Positions 9,781-17,702 of a DNA stretch of 40,682 nt are shown here, in pieces. Origin of the DNA: Holdemanella biformis (GTDB lineage Bacteria > Bacillota > Clostridia > Lachnospirales > Lachnospiraceae); assembly GCA_963605995.1 (NCBI GenBank), contig CAVCYJ010000001.1:1-40682 (forward strand), given 5' to 3'. The position numbers were made by a program, and so were the translations under genes. Below the pieces are notes generated by a model. It saw only the letters and a program-made list of their open reading frames with translations. It searched no databases and had not been told where the DNA came from. The stretch's first letter is position 1. Each line of letters begins with the position of its first letter.

Positions 9781-12177
9781 ATGAAATATGTAAATCAGCC
9801 TGTACGGAAAACTGATGCAATGTCACTGGTAACAGGAAAGCCTGTCTATACAGATGATCTGGCGCCAAAGGACTGCCTGATCGTAAAGATTCTGAGAAGT
9901 CCCCATGCCAATGCCTGGGTCGAGGATATCAAAACAGGCAACGCAGAGAAGGTGGCGGGCATTGCATGTATCCTCACCTATAAAGATGTACCGCAGAAGC
10001 GTTTCACCCTCGCCGGTCAGACTGCACCGGAAATGAGCCCGGATGACAGGCTCATCATTGACCGCCATGTACGTTTCGTGGGAGATGTAGTTGCTATTGT
10101 AGCCGGTGAAACAGAAGAAGCGGTAGACAAAGCATTAAAAAGGATCCGTGTAGATTACCGTGTGGAGACCCCTGTCCTGGACATGCATAAGGCAAAGGAC
10201 AATCCGATTCTCGTTCATCCGGAAGAAGACTGGAAGCTTAAGATCCCTCTGGGAGGAGACAATAAGAGAAATCTGTGCGCCACGGCAGTTGAGGAGCACG
10301 GAGATGTGGATAAGGTTCTGGCAGAATGCAAATATACGATAGAACGCACGTATCATACGAAGGCGAATCAGCAGGCGATGATGGAAACCTTCCGTACAGC
10401 CTGTTATCTGGATCATTTCGGAAGATTGGTGGTGCTTTCCTCCACGCAGATTCCTTTTCATGTGCGGAGGATCGTAGGCAGAGCCCTGGATATTCCTTCT
10501 TCCAGAGTGCGCGTGATCAAGCCGAGGATTGGTGGGGGATTTGGAGCAAAGCAGACATCTGTGAGTGAAATTTATCCGGCAATCGTTACGTGGAAAACAG
10601 GCCGCCCGTCCAGGATTATCTTTTCGAGATATGAATCTATGACCTGCGGTTCGCCGCGTCATGAAATGGAGATCACAGTGCGTGCGGGAGCAGATGAGAA
10701 TGGCATTATCAAAGCACTGGATGTGCATACCCTGTCCAATACAGGCGCGTATGGCGAACACAGCTCTACGACGGTAGGTCTGAGCGGCCATAAATCTATT
10801 GGCCTGTACAGGAATACGGTGGCACATCGTTTTTCCTTCGATGTTGTATATACCAACAAGCAGGCTGCGGGAGCATACAGAGGATATGGTGCCACGCAGG
10901 GGATTTTTGCGGTAGAGTCAGCGGTGAATGAGCTTTCTCATCTGATGGGAATGGATCCTGTCAGAGTCAAAGAACTGAATATGCCGCTGGAGGGAGGACC
11001 GCTTCCGGGATATCCGGATGTTCCCTATGCGCAGAGCTGCAGCATGGACAGATGTATGGCCCGCGCAAAAGAGATGATGGACTGGGATTCCAAGTATCCC
11101 TGCCGTGATATGGGAAACGGAAAGGTCCGTGCCGTAGGCGTTGCCATGGGAATGCAGGGTTCTGCGATCGCAGGTGTGGATGTCGGAGGTGCTGATATCA
11201 AGCTCAACGAGGATGGTTCCTATACCCTTGCACTCGGATGTACAGATATGGGAACCGGATGTGATACAATCATGACGCAGATCGCAGCAGACTGTCTGAA
11301 TACACCGATGGAGAATATCGCGGTTTTCAGTGTGGATACGGATATATCGCCATATGACTCCGGCTCCTATGCTTCCTCCACTACCTATACAACGGGTGTG
11401 GCAGTTATGAAAGCATGTGAGGAACTGAAGGAGAGAATCTGCAGGCTCGGAGCAGAGATGCTTGGGGTAGATGAGAGGAAGGTCGATTTTGACGGTTCTT
11501 ATGTTTTTTATGACGAGATGATCGACGTGGATCACGGCAGAGCGAAAGAAACAGCAGATGGCAGTTTTGACAGCGGAGAAGTAAAATTTAACAGTTCAGA
11601 GGATGCTGAAAAGAAGGTATCGCTGGAGGCGATTGCGCTGAAGGGAACATTTTTTAATAATATCGAGCTTCAGGTTGTAAGACAGCATTCTTCACCGATC
11701 TCTCCGCCGCCGTTCATGGTCGGTATGGCAGAGGTTGAGGTTGATAAGGAAACAGGAAGCGTAGAGGTTCTGGATTATGTGGCGGTTGTTGACTGCGGTA
11801 CACCGATCAATCCGAATCTTGCACGCGTCCAGACCGCAGGCGGTATCACACAGGGGATCGGTATGGCACTCAGTGAAGATGTACAATACACAGATAAGGG
11901 AAAGATCCGGAATAATTCATTTATGCAGTACAAAATCCCTGCCCGTCAGGATATCGGAAAGATCCGCGTGGCATTTGAGAGCAGCTATGAAAAAACCGGC
12001 CCGTTTGGAGCCAAATCCATCGGAGAACTGGTCATTGATACGCCATGTCCTGCGCTGGCAGAAGCAATCTACAATGCAACGGGTGTCCGCCTGAGAGAGC
12101 TTCCGATGACACCGGAGAAGATTGCAATGGGGATTCTGAAGAATAAAGAGAATGCCCGGACAGAGGAAAAGCAATGA
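9781..12177 (+). CDS. Molybdenum hydroxylase molybdopterin-binding large subunit
   Basis: RSPHANA, VRFVGD, STQ, IGGGFGAKQ, AYRGYG, DMGTG, YASS, DCG..INP, GPFGAKSIGE. Confidence 0.93.
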   Translation: MKYVNQPVRKTDAMSLVTGKPVYTDDLAPKDCLIVKILRSPHANAWVEDIKTGNAEKVAGIACILTYKDVPQKRFTLAGQTAPEMSPDDRLIIDRHVRFVGDVVAIVAGETEEAVDKALKRIRVDYRVETPVLDMHKAKDNPILVHPEEDWKLKIPLGGDNKRNLCATAVEEHGDVDKVLAECKYTIERTYHTKANQQAMMETFRTACYLDHFGRLVVLSSTQIPFHVRRIVGRALDIPSSRVRVIKPRIGGGFGAKQTSVSEIYPAIVTWKTGRPSRIIFSRYESMTCGSPRHEMEITVRAGADENGIIKALDVHTLSNTGAYGEHSSTTVGLSGHKSIGLYRNTVAHRFSFDVVYTNKQAAGAYRGYGATQGIFAVESAVNELSHLMGMDPVRVKELNMPLEGGPLPGYPDVPYAQSCSMDRCMARAKEMMDWDSKYPCRDMGNGKVRAVGVAMGMQGSAIAGVDVGGADIKLNEDGSYTLALGCTDMGTGCDTIMTQIAADCLNTPMENIAVFSVDTDISPYDSGSYASSTTYTTGVAVMKACEELKERICRLGAEMLGVDERKVDFDGSYVFYDEMIDVDHGRAKETADGSFDSGEVKFNSSEDAEKKVSLEAIALKGTFFNNIELQVVRQHSSPISPPPFMVGMAEVEVDKETGSVEVLDYVAVVDCGTPINPNLARVQTAGGITQGIGMALSEDVQYTDKGKIRNNSFMQYKIPARQDIGKIRVAFESSYEKTGPFGAKSIGELVIDTPCPALAEAIYNATGVRLRELPMTPEKIAMGILKNKENARTEEKQ

Positions 12178-13265
12178 GGGAATTAAGTCTGGCATGCACA
12201 GGTTTTGTGCTTGAATTTATTGTTTTTTATGCTTCCGGCTGGCTGCTGACTCATATATTGAAGCTAAAAGCGGACAGTTCACTGACATTTATCCTTGGAT
12301 ACATGGTTTATTTTGCGGTATTTGAGTTTGTGACCGTACCAATGACCCTGAAGTGGGTATCCCTGACCGGAGCAGCCTGCGTATGGGCGGGAATCATGGG
12401 GATTGCTGTCCTGGCGGCTCTGTCTGGCGGGGGAAGAGTTGTCAGAAGGGCTGCGGTAAGTAAAAAACAGAGACAGTTGAAGCTGACGGACAGGATTTCC
12501 GAAACATGGAAGAAGCATTCGCTGATGCTTCCGGCTGCGGGAGCAGCCGTGTGTTTGCAGTGCCTGATCGTGATTCTTTATAAGGATACGACAGTAGACG
12601 CGGCATACTATATAGGCACCGTCACGACTTCTGTGTACACGGATACGCTTGGCAGGTACAATCCGTTCAGCGGAGCAATCCTTAAGGCTTTTCAGGCCAG
12701 ATATATTTTTTCGGCATATCCGATGAATAATGCTGTATGGTGCAGGCTTCTGGGAATCCATCCGATCGTACAGTCAAAGCTCGTCATGTCCTGCATGAAT
12801 GTGATCACTGCAAACCTGATCATTTATCAGATCGGCAGAAGACTGTTTGACGGAAACAGGAAGAAAGCGGATCTGATGCTGATATTTGCATTCGTCCTGC
12901 AATTATTCTGCGGAACGATCTATTCCTCCGGAACCTTCTTTTTTACCAGAAGCTATGAAGGGAAGGCAATCCTGGCAAATATTGCCATACCGATGGCTCT
13001 TATGTGTGCGGTCTGGTACCTGCAGGAAAAAAACAGCAGAAACGTCTGGATCGTGTTGTTTATTACTGCGGTCAGTGCCCTGACATTCTCCGGTTCGGCA
13101 ATTATTTTTCCGGTTGTGATCGCGGCCTGTATGGCACCGGCAGCAGTCATGAACAGGAAACTTACCGGATTTTTGTATTGTGCGCTGTGTATGATACCTT
13201 CAGTTCTGTATGCGGCTGTTTTCTTTGCATGCAGGCTCGGTATCCTGACACTGGCAGCATCATGA
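12174..13265 (+). CDS. Polytopic membrane protein, DUF6077-like
   Basis: About 9 hydrophobic segments; loop motif DAAYYIG; F..RSYEGKAILA; ATGA overlap with the upstream gene. Family recognised from memory. Confidence 0.7.
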   Translation: MRELSLACTGFVLEFIVFYASGWLLTHILKLKADSSLTFILGYMVYFAVFEFVTVPMTLKWVSLTGAACVWAGIMGIAVLAALSGGGRVVRRAAVSKKQRQLKLTDRISETWKKHSLMLPAAGAAVCLQCLIVILYKDTTVDAAYYIGTVTTSVYTDTLGRYNPFSGAILKAFQARYIFSAYPMNNAVWCRLLGIHPIVQSKLVMSCMNVITANLIIYQIGRRLFDGNRKKADLMLIFAFVLQLFCGTIYSSGTFFFTRSYEGKAILANIAIPMALMCAVWYLQEKNSRNVWIVLFITAVSALTFSGSAIIFPVVIAACMAPAAVMNRKLTGFLYCALCMIPSVLYAAVFFACRLGILTLAAS

Positions 13266-13276
13266 GGAGGATTTAA

Positions 13277-14119
13277 ATGGCGGGAGTAACGATTCAGGAA
13301 CTGGGATTGAATTTTGTCGGCGCGTGCATGAAACTGTACTGGGGATCCTGCTGGTATCCTGTCCTGTTTGCCGTGGGGCTTGTATGTACGCTGATCCGGG
13401 GACGGAAAAGGAAATCCGTGATTTTTGCGGGCTGCACATTATTTTTGCTGCTGACGGTGTATAATCCGCTGGTGGTGAAGTATCTGATCGCAGGGGCAAA
13501 GTTTGAAAATGAGTATTACCGCTTTATCTGGATACTTCCGGTGATACCGGCAGTTGCATATTATTCGGTGAGACTGGTAACAGCTCTGAAAAGAAAATGG
13601 CAGCGCATCCTGATGACCGGGCTGGTGCTGGCATGTCTGGTGGCACTTGGAAATCCCCTGAACGGAGTGGTAAAGAATTTTTCCATGGCAGAGAATATTT
13701 ACAAGGTTCCGGATGACCTGCGTGCAGTCTGTGATGTGATCCATCAAAATCAGGAGGGGGATCTGCCAAGGGTGGTCTTTGACACCGGCTTAAACAGCAT
13801 TGTGAGGCAGTATGATGCCGGGATCGCCACGGTGATAAGCAGAAATGCCAGTATTTACCGGGCGGGCAGCACAGTGGCGGGAACCTATGATGAGAACAGC
13901 AGCTTTTACAAAAGGCAGAAAGCCCTGATGGATGTGATCGATTATCATATTTATGATGATAAGAAAGGCTTTAAAAAGGCGCTTGAGCAGTCGAAAACAG
14001 ATTTTGTCGTAACACCGGTCGGTCAGGTTGACCATGAATTCCTGACAGACTGCGGATGCGAACTGATCGCGCAGACAGAAAACTATTATATTTACAGATA
14101 TGATCAGAAAGAACAGTAA
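13277..14119 (+). CDS. Membrane protein with about 4 N-terminal TMs and a soluble C-terminal domain
   Basis: RBS GAGGAGG; YNPL, YYRFIWILP, ENIYKVP, VRQYD; C-terminal DFVV..YYIY. Confidence 0.7.
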   Translation: MAGVTIQELGLNFVGACMKLYWGSCWYPVLFAVGLVCTLIRGRKRKSVIFAGCTLFLLLTVYNPLVVKYLIAGAKFENEYYRFIWILPVIPAVAYYSVRLVTALKRKWQRILMTGLVLACLVALGNPLNGVVKNFSMAENIYKVPDDLRAVCDVIHQNQEGDLPRVVFDTGLNSIVRQYDAGIATVISRNASIYRAGSTVAGTYDENSSFYKRQKALMDVIDYHIYDDKKGFKKALEQSKTDFVVTPVGQVDHEFLTDCGCELIAQTENYYIYRYDQKEQ

Positions 14120-14138
14120 AAATACAAAGGAGGCTTAT

Positions 14139-15365
14139 ATGTCAGGCCATTTTTTACGTACAAACCGGTGTCTGGCTCTGCTGGCAGTCCTTCTGTGCCT
14201 GATCCTTGGCGGGATATTCACGCATTCTTCGGCGGGTCCTTCAGCGGTCGGCACAGACAGCGAATCCGGAATTTTCGTGTCAGAAGATTTGGATTCTCCG
14301 GAATCCACTTCGGAGGAGACAGTGGCCGATAAAAATAATAATTTTACGGAACGATCGTCGGGAGATTCTGATTCCGGCAGCGGTCCGGCACTGAGTACGG
14401 ATATCTCTGCGGAGGCTTCTTCCGGTGTATGGGCTTCGAGCGGGAGTAACTGGATGTTCCTTGTGGATGATAAGCCATATACAGGATGGCTGACAGATAC
14501 TGACGGAAAACAGTACTATCTGGATGATGCCGGTATCATGCAGACCGGCTGGACAGATATTGGGGAGAAACGCTATTATTTTGACATGGATGGTATTTTG
14601 CAGACAGGAACCATCCGTATCAATAAAAAAACATATGAACTGGATACAGATGGTTCCCTGAAAGATTACACACCTGAGAAAAAGAAATCAGAGAAGAAGA
14701 AATCAGGAAAAAAGAAATCAGGAGAAAAGAAGTCTGAGAAAGCGGATGCTTCGGCATCATCAAAGGCGATCGCACTTACCTTTGATGACGGCCCCAGTTC
14801 CTTTACCGGCCGTCTTCTGGACTGTCTGGAAAAGAATAATGCAAAAGCAACCTTCTTTATGGTAGGTACTGAGATTGACAGTTTTCCCGATGAGGTGAAA
14901 CGAATGAAAGAGCTGGGATGTGAGCTTGGTAATCATACCTGCGATCACACAGACCTTACGACCTTATCTGCGGAGGATATCACCTCTGAGATTTCCGGGG
15001 TTGACGAGCGGCTTTTGAAGCTGACCGGCCAGGGGGCATCGGTGGTCCGCCCGCCATACGGTTCGGTCAATGATACGGTAAAAGCGACAGTGGGAACACC
15101 GATGATCCTGTGGTCGATCGACACACTGGACTGGAAGACACTGGATACAGAGTCAACACTGGAAACAGTAATGAACAATGTGAAGGACGGTTCCATTGTC
15201 CTGATGCACGATATATACAGTACTTCCGTAGATGCGGCCGAGATCCTGATCCCCCAGCTGATCGAGGAGGGATATCAGCTGGTGACCGTACATGAGCTTG
15301 CGGCACTGCATCAGACAGAGCTGACCGCAGGAGTTACATATGGTGGATTTCAGAGCCAGGAATAA
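14139..15365 (+). CDS. CE4 polysaccharide/peptidoglycan deacetylase with choline-binding-type cell-wall repeats
   Basis: N-terminal TM; repeats TGW..GKQYYLD..GIMQTGW..KRYYFD..GILQTG; intact NodB motifs TFDDGP, HTCDH, RPPYG, DTLDW, LMHD. Start ATG 14139 behind AGGAGG. Confidence 0.92.
   Translation: MSGHFLRTNRCLALLAVLLCLILGGIFTHSSAGPSAVGTDSESGIFVSEDLDSPESTSEETVADKNNNFTERSSGDSDSGSGPALSTDISAEASSGVWASSGSNWMFLVDDKPYTGWLTDTDGKQYYLDDAGIMQTGWTDIGEKRYYFDMDGILQTGTIRINKKTYELDTDGSLKDYTPEKKKSEKKKSGKKKSGEKKSEKADASASSKAIALTFDDGPSSFTGRLLDCLEKNNAKATFFMVGTEIDSFPDEVKRMKELGCELGNHTCDHTDLTTLSAEDITSEISGVDERLLKLTGQGASVVRPPYGSVNDTVKATVGTPMILWSIDTLDWKTLDTESTLETVMNNVKDGSIVLMHDIYSTSVDAAEILIPQLIEEGYQLVTVHELAALHQTELTAGVTYGGFQSQE
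14676..14735 (+). repeat. Four 15-bp in-frame tandem units encoding a Lys-rich linker (EKKKS EKKKS GKKKS GEKKS)
   Basis: gagaaaaagaaatca gagaagaagaaatca ggaaaaaagaaatca ggagaaaagaagtct. Confidence 0.8.
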
Positions 15366-15388
15366 ATGAACCGTATTGCATGCTTTAC

Positions 15389-15415
15389 CTCCGGCAGCAG
15401 ACTCTGCCGCCGGAG
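15389..15415 (+). terminator. GC-rich hairpin after the deacetylase gene, possible terminator
   Basis: ctccggcagcag-act-ctgccgccggag with one mismatch; the T run lies about 10 nt downstream. Confidence 0.5.
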
Positions 15416-15472
15416 AAATATTGCTGTTTTTTTCCTGTTTATTCCGTATAAATATTAGATTCGAAAAAAAAC

Positions 15473-15501
15473 TTTACATTTACAGAGTGGTATGATAGAA
15501 T
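15473..15501 (+). promoter_or_regulatory. Sigma-A-type promoter of the tRNA
   Basis: TTTACA-17 bp-TAGAAT with TG extension. Confidence 0.65.
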
Positions 15502-15528
15502 CGTAAATGGATATTTGTTATATCTTCT

Positions 15529-15600
15529 GCACCTGTAGCTCAGTGGATAGAGCAGTGGTTTCCGGTACCATGTGCGGGGGTTCGATTCCCTTCAGGTGTG
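15529..15600 (+). tRNA. tRNA-Arg (anticodon CCG); CCA not encoded
   Basis: Cloverleaf: acceptor GCACCTG/CAGGTGT, D arm GCTC-AGTGGATA-GAGC with A20, anticodon arm GTGGT-TTCCGGT-ACCAT, T arm GGGGG-TTCGATT-CCCTT. Confidence 0.95.
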
Positions 15601-15667
15601 CTGCCTGGGACGTATGAACAGTTCCGGTGCGTTGTATCATTCAGAGTTGCTGTGAACGGAGTAAACA

Positions 15668-16606
15668 GTGACTCATAAGGAGGACAAGAACTTGGATGAT
15701 TTTAGAGAATGGTTATCAGATAACCTCCGGTATTTTATGCTGGGTGGAGCTATTCTGATAATTGTGGTTGTCCTGTTTGCCGGCATTCGTGCCTGTTCCG
15801 GAAGTAATAAGGGGAATTCCGGAGATAAACAGAGTACCACATCAGAAGACCAGGGAAATGTTCCTTCTTCTCCGACAAATGAAGGGGAGTCTGACGAGAA
15901 GAAAGAAGACGCCAATCCCATGGAAACAGCAGATGCAGATATTACTGCATTAATTAAGAGCTATTATCAGGCTCTGGGGGAAAAAGATATTGCAACGCTG
16001 AAGACTCTGGAGGATGATTTCACACCGTCCGATGAGTCAAAAGTCACAAACTTGAAAGAGTATATAGAAGGGTATGAAGTAGGCGATGTATACACTAAGA
16101 AGGGTATGACAGACGATTCTTATGTGGTTTATGCCTGTTTCTCATATATCTGTCAGGGTATCGACACGAAGGCGCCCGCACTGACGCAGTTTTATGTGTA
16201 TAAGGACAGCGGAGGGAACTGGGTGATCGATAACGGAGCTTTGGATGACGCGGAGATTTCTGCCTATATGGAATCACAGTTATCTGACAGTGATGTCTCA
16301 GCTCTTATTACAAAGGTACAGAACGAACTGGATCAGGCGCAGCAGTCGGATTCGGCTCTCGCAGAGTTTCTTGATGGTCTGGGAGAGGAAGCGAATGTGT
16401 CGACAGATGCAGCAGATGCAGAGGATGGTACGACACTTACCACCACAGAGGAATGTAATGTCCGTGCCGGGGCAAGCACGGATGCCGAGATTCTTGGCGT
16501 GATCTCAGCAGGCGAACAGGTTGAGAAGAAAGGTACCGATGGTGAGTGGGTTCAGATCGATTATGACGGTGAAACCGGATACATCCGGAGTGACCTGCTT
16601 GAGTAG
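15668..16606 (+). CDS. Membrane-anchored acidic protein with a C-terminal bacterial SH3 domain
   Basis: GTG start behind GGAG; single TM; C-terminal CNVRAGASTDAEILG..GEWVQIDYDGETGYIRSDLL. Confidence 0.85.
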   Translation: MTHKEDKNLDDFREWLSDNLRYFMLGGAILIIVVVLFAGIRACSGSNKGNSGDKQSTTSEDQGNVPSSPTNEGESDEKKEDANPMETADADITALIKSYYQALGEKDIATLKTLEDDFTPSDESKVTNLKEYIEGYEVGDVYTKKGMTDDSYVVYACFSYICQGIDTKAPALTQFYVYKDSGGNWVIDNGALDDAEISAYMESQLSDSDVSALITKVQNELDQAQQSDSALAEFLDGLGEEANVSTDAADAEDGTTLTTTEECNVRAGASTDAEILGVISAGEQVEKKGTDGEWVQIDYDGETGYIRSDLLE

Positions 16607-16622
16607 CCTTTGCCGTTTACAG

Positions 16623-16678
16623 AGAGGGGCTGTCGCACAGAACATTACAGTGTGTTTTGTGTGGCAGCTTCTTTTTTG
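16623..16678 (+). terminator. Intrinsic terminator after the SH3 gene
   Basis: Long stem agaggggctgtcgcacagaaca / tgttttgtgtggcagcttct with G-U pairs, then T run. Confidence 0.75.
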
Positions 16679-16722
16679 TGTCAGAGTGTGACAGAGAGAA
16701 ATCATCTGCCGGAAATTCACCG

Positions 16723-16751
16723 TTGATAAGACAGGAAAAAAATTATATAAT
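16723..16751 (+). promoter_or_regulatory. Sigma-A-type promoter of the pseudouridine synthase-ligA operon
   Basis: TTGATA-17 bp-TATAAT ending 6 nt before the ATG at 16758. Confidence 0.7.
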
Positions 16752-16757
16752 AGGAAA

Positions 16758-17702
16758 ATGGACGAAAAAATCAGGATAAATAAATATTTAAGTGAGACAG
16801 GTGTGTGTTCCAGACGCGAAGCGGACCGGATGATCGAAGAGAAACGGATTACAGTGAACGGCTGCCAGGCTGTCAGCGGTCAGAGGGTCACGCCTGAGGA
16901 TGAGATCTGTATCGATCATATGCCTGTCTGTAAAAACGAAAAAAAAGTACTGCTGCTGTTTAATAAACCCAGAGGAATCGTATGCAGCACCAGACAGCAG
17001 CGGCAGGAGATAACGGTTACGGATTATCTGGATTATCCTCTGCGCATCTATCCTGTGGGAAGGCTGGATAAAGAATCTCAGGGGCTGCTGCTTCTGACAA
17101 ATGAGGGAGATCTGGTCAACAGGATCATGCGTGCAGGTAATTATCATGAGAAGGAATACCTTGTTTTTGTAAATAAACCGCTGGACAGGGAATTTGTCCG
17201 CAGAATGAGCAGAGGGATCCCGATCCTGGATACTGTGACCAGACCGTGTAAGGTAGAGCAGACGGGAGAGTACAGCTTTCGGATCATTCTGACTCAGGGA
17301 CTGAACCGGCAGATCCGCAGGATGTGCCGGTATCTGGGATATGAGGTACAGAAGCTGAAAAGAGTCCGGATCATGAATCTGACTCTCGATGGAATCAGAG
17401 AAGGGGAATACAGGGAAATCACCCGGCAGGAATGGGATGAACTCAGACACCTGCTGGCTTCCTCTTCAGCTGAAACAGTAATCAGAACAGGAGGGCACAA
17501 TGGAAACAGCGGAAATCATGCGGATGAAAGAGCTGGTACAGAAGCTGGACGAAGCAGCAAGGGCATATTACCAGCAGGATACAGAAATTATAAGCAACAG
17601 AGAGTACGATCAGATGTACGACGAGCTGGAGGCACTGGAAAAGGAAACAGGAACCGTTCTGGCAAACAGTCCGACCGTCAGCGTAGGGTACGAGGCAGTT
17701 GA
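16758..17702 (+). CDS. RsuA-family rRNA pseudouridine synthase (RluF-like) with an S4 domain
   Basis: RINKYLS..CSRREAD, NKPRGIV, catalytic GRLDKESQGLLLLTN, QGLNRQIRRM. The C-terminal tail overlaps ligA. Confidence 0.9.
   Translation: MDEKIRINKYLSETGVCSRREADRMIEEKRITVNGCQAVSGQRVTPEDEICIDHMPVCKNEKKVLLLFNKPRGIVCSTRQQRQEITVTDYLDYPLRIYPVGRLDKESQGLLLLTNEGDLVNRIMRAGNYHEKEYLVFVNKPLDREFVRRMSRGIPILDTVTRPCKVEQTGEYSFRIILTQGLNRQIRRMCRYLGYEVQKLKRVRIMNLTLDGIREGEYREITRQEWDELRHLLASSSAETVIRTGGHNGNSGNHADERAGTEAGRSSKGILPAGYRNYKQQRVRSDVRRAGGTGKGNRNRSGKQSDRQRRVRGS

Noticed and set aside
15529..15700. Genomic island integrated at tRNA-Arg
   Set aside because: No integrase, no duplicated tRNA 3' end noticed, and the flanks are ordinary chromosomal genes.
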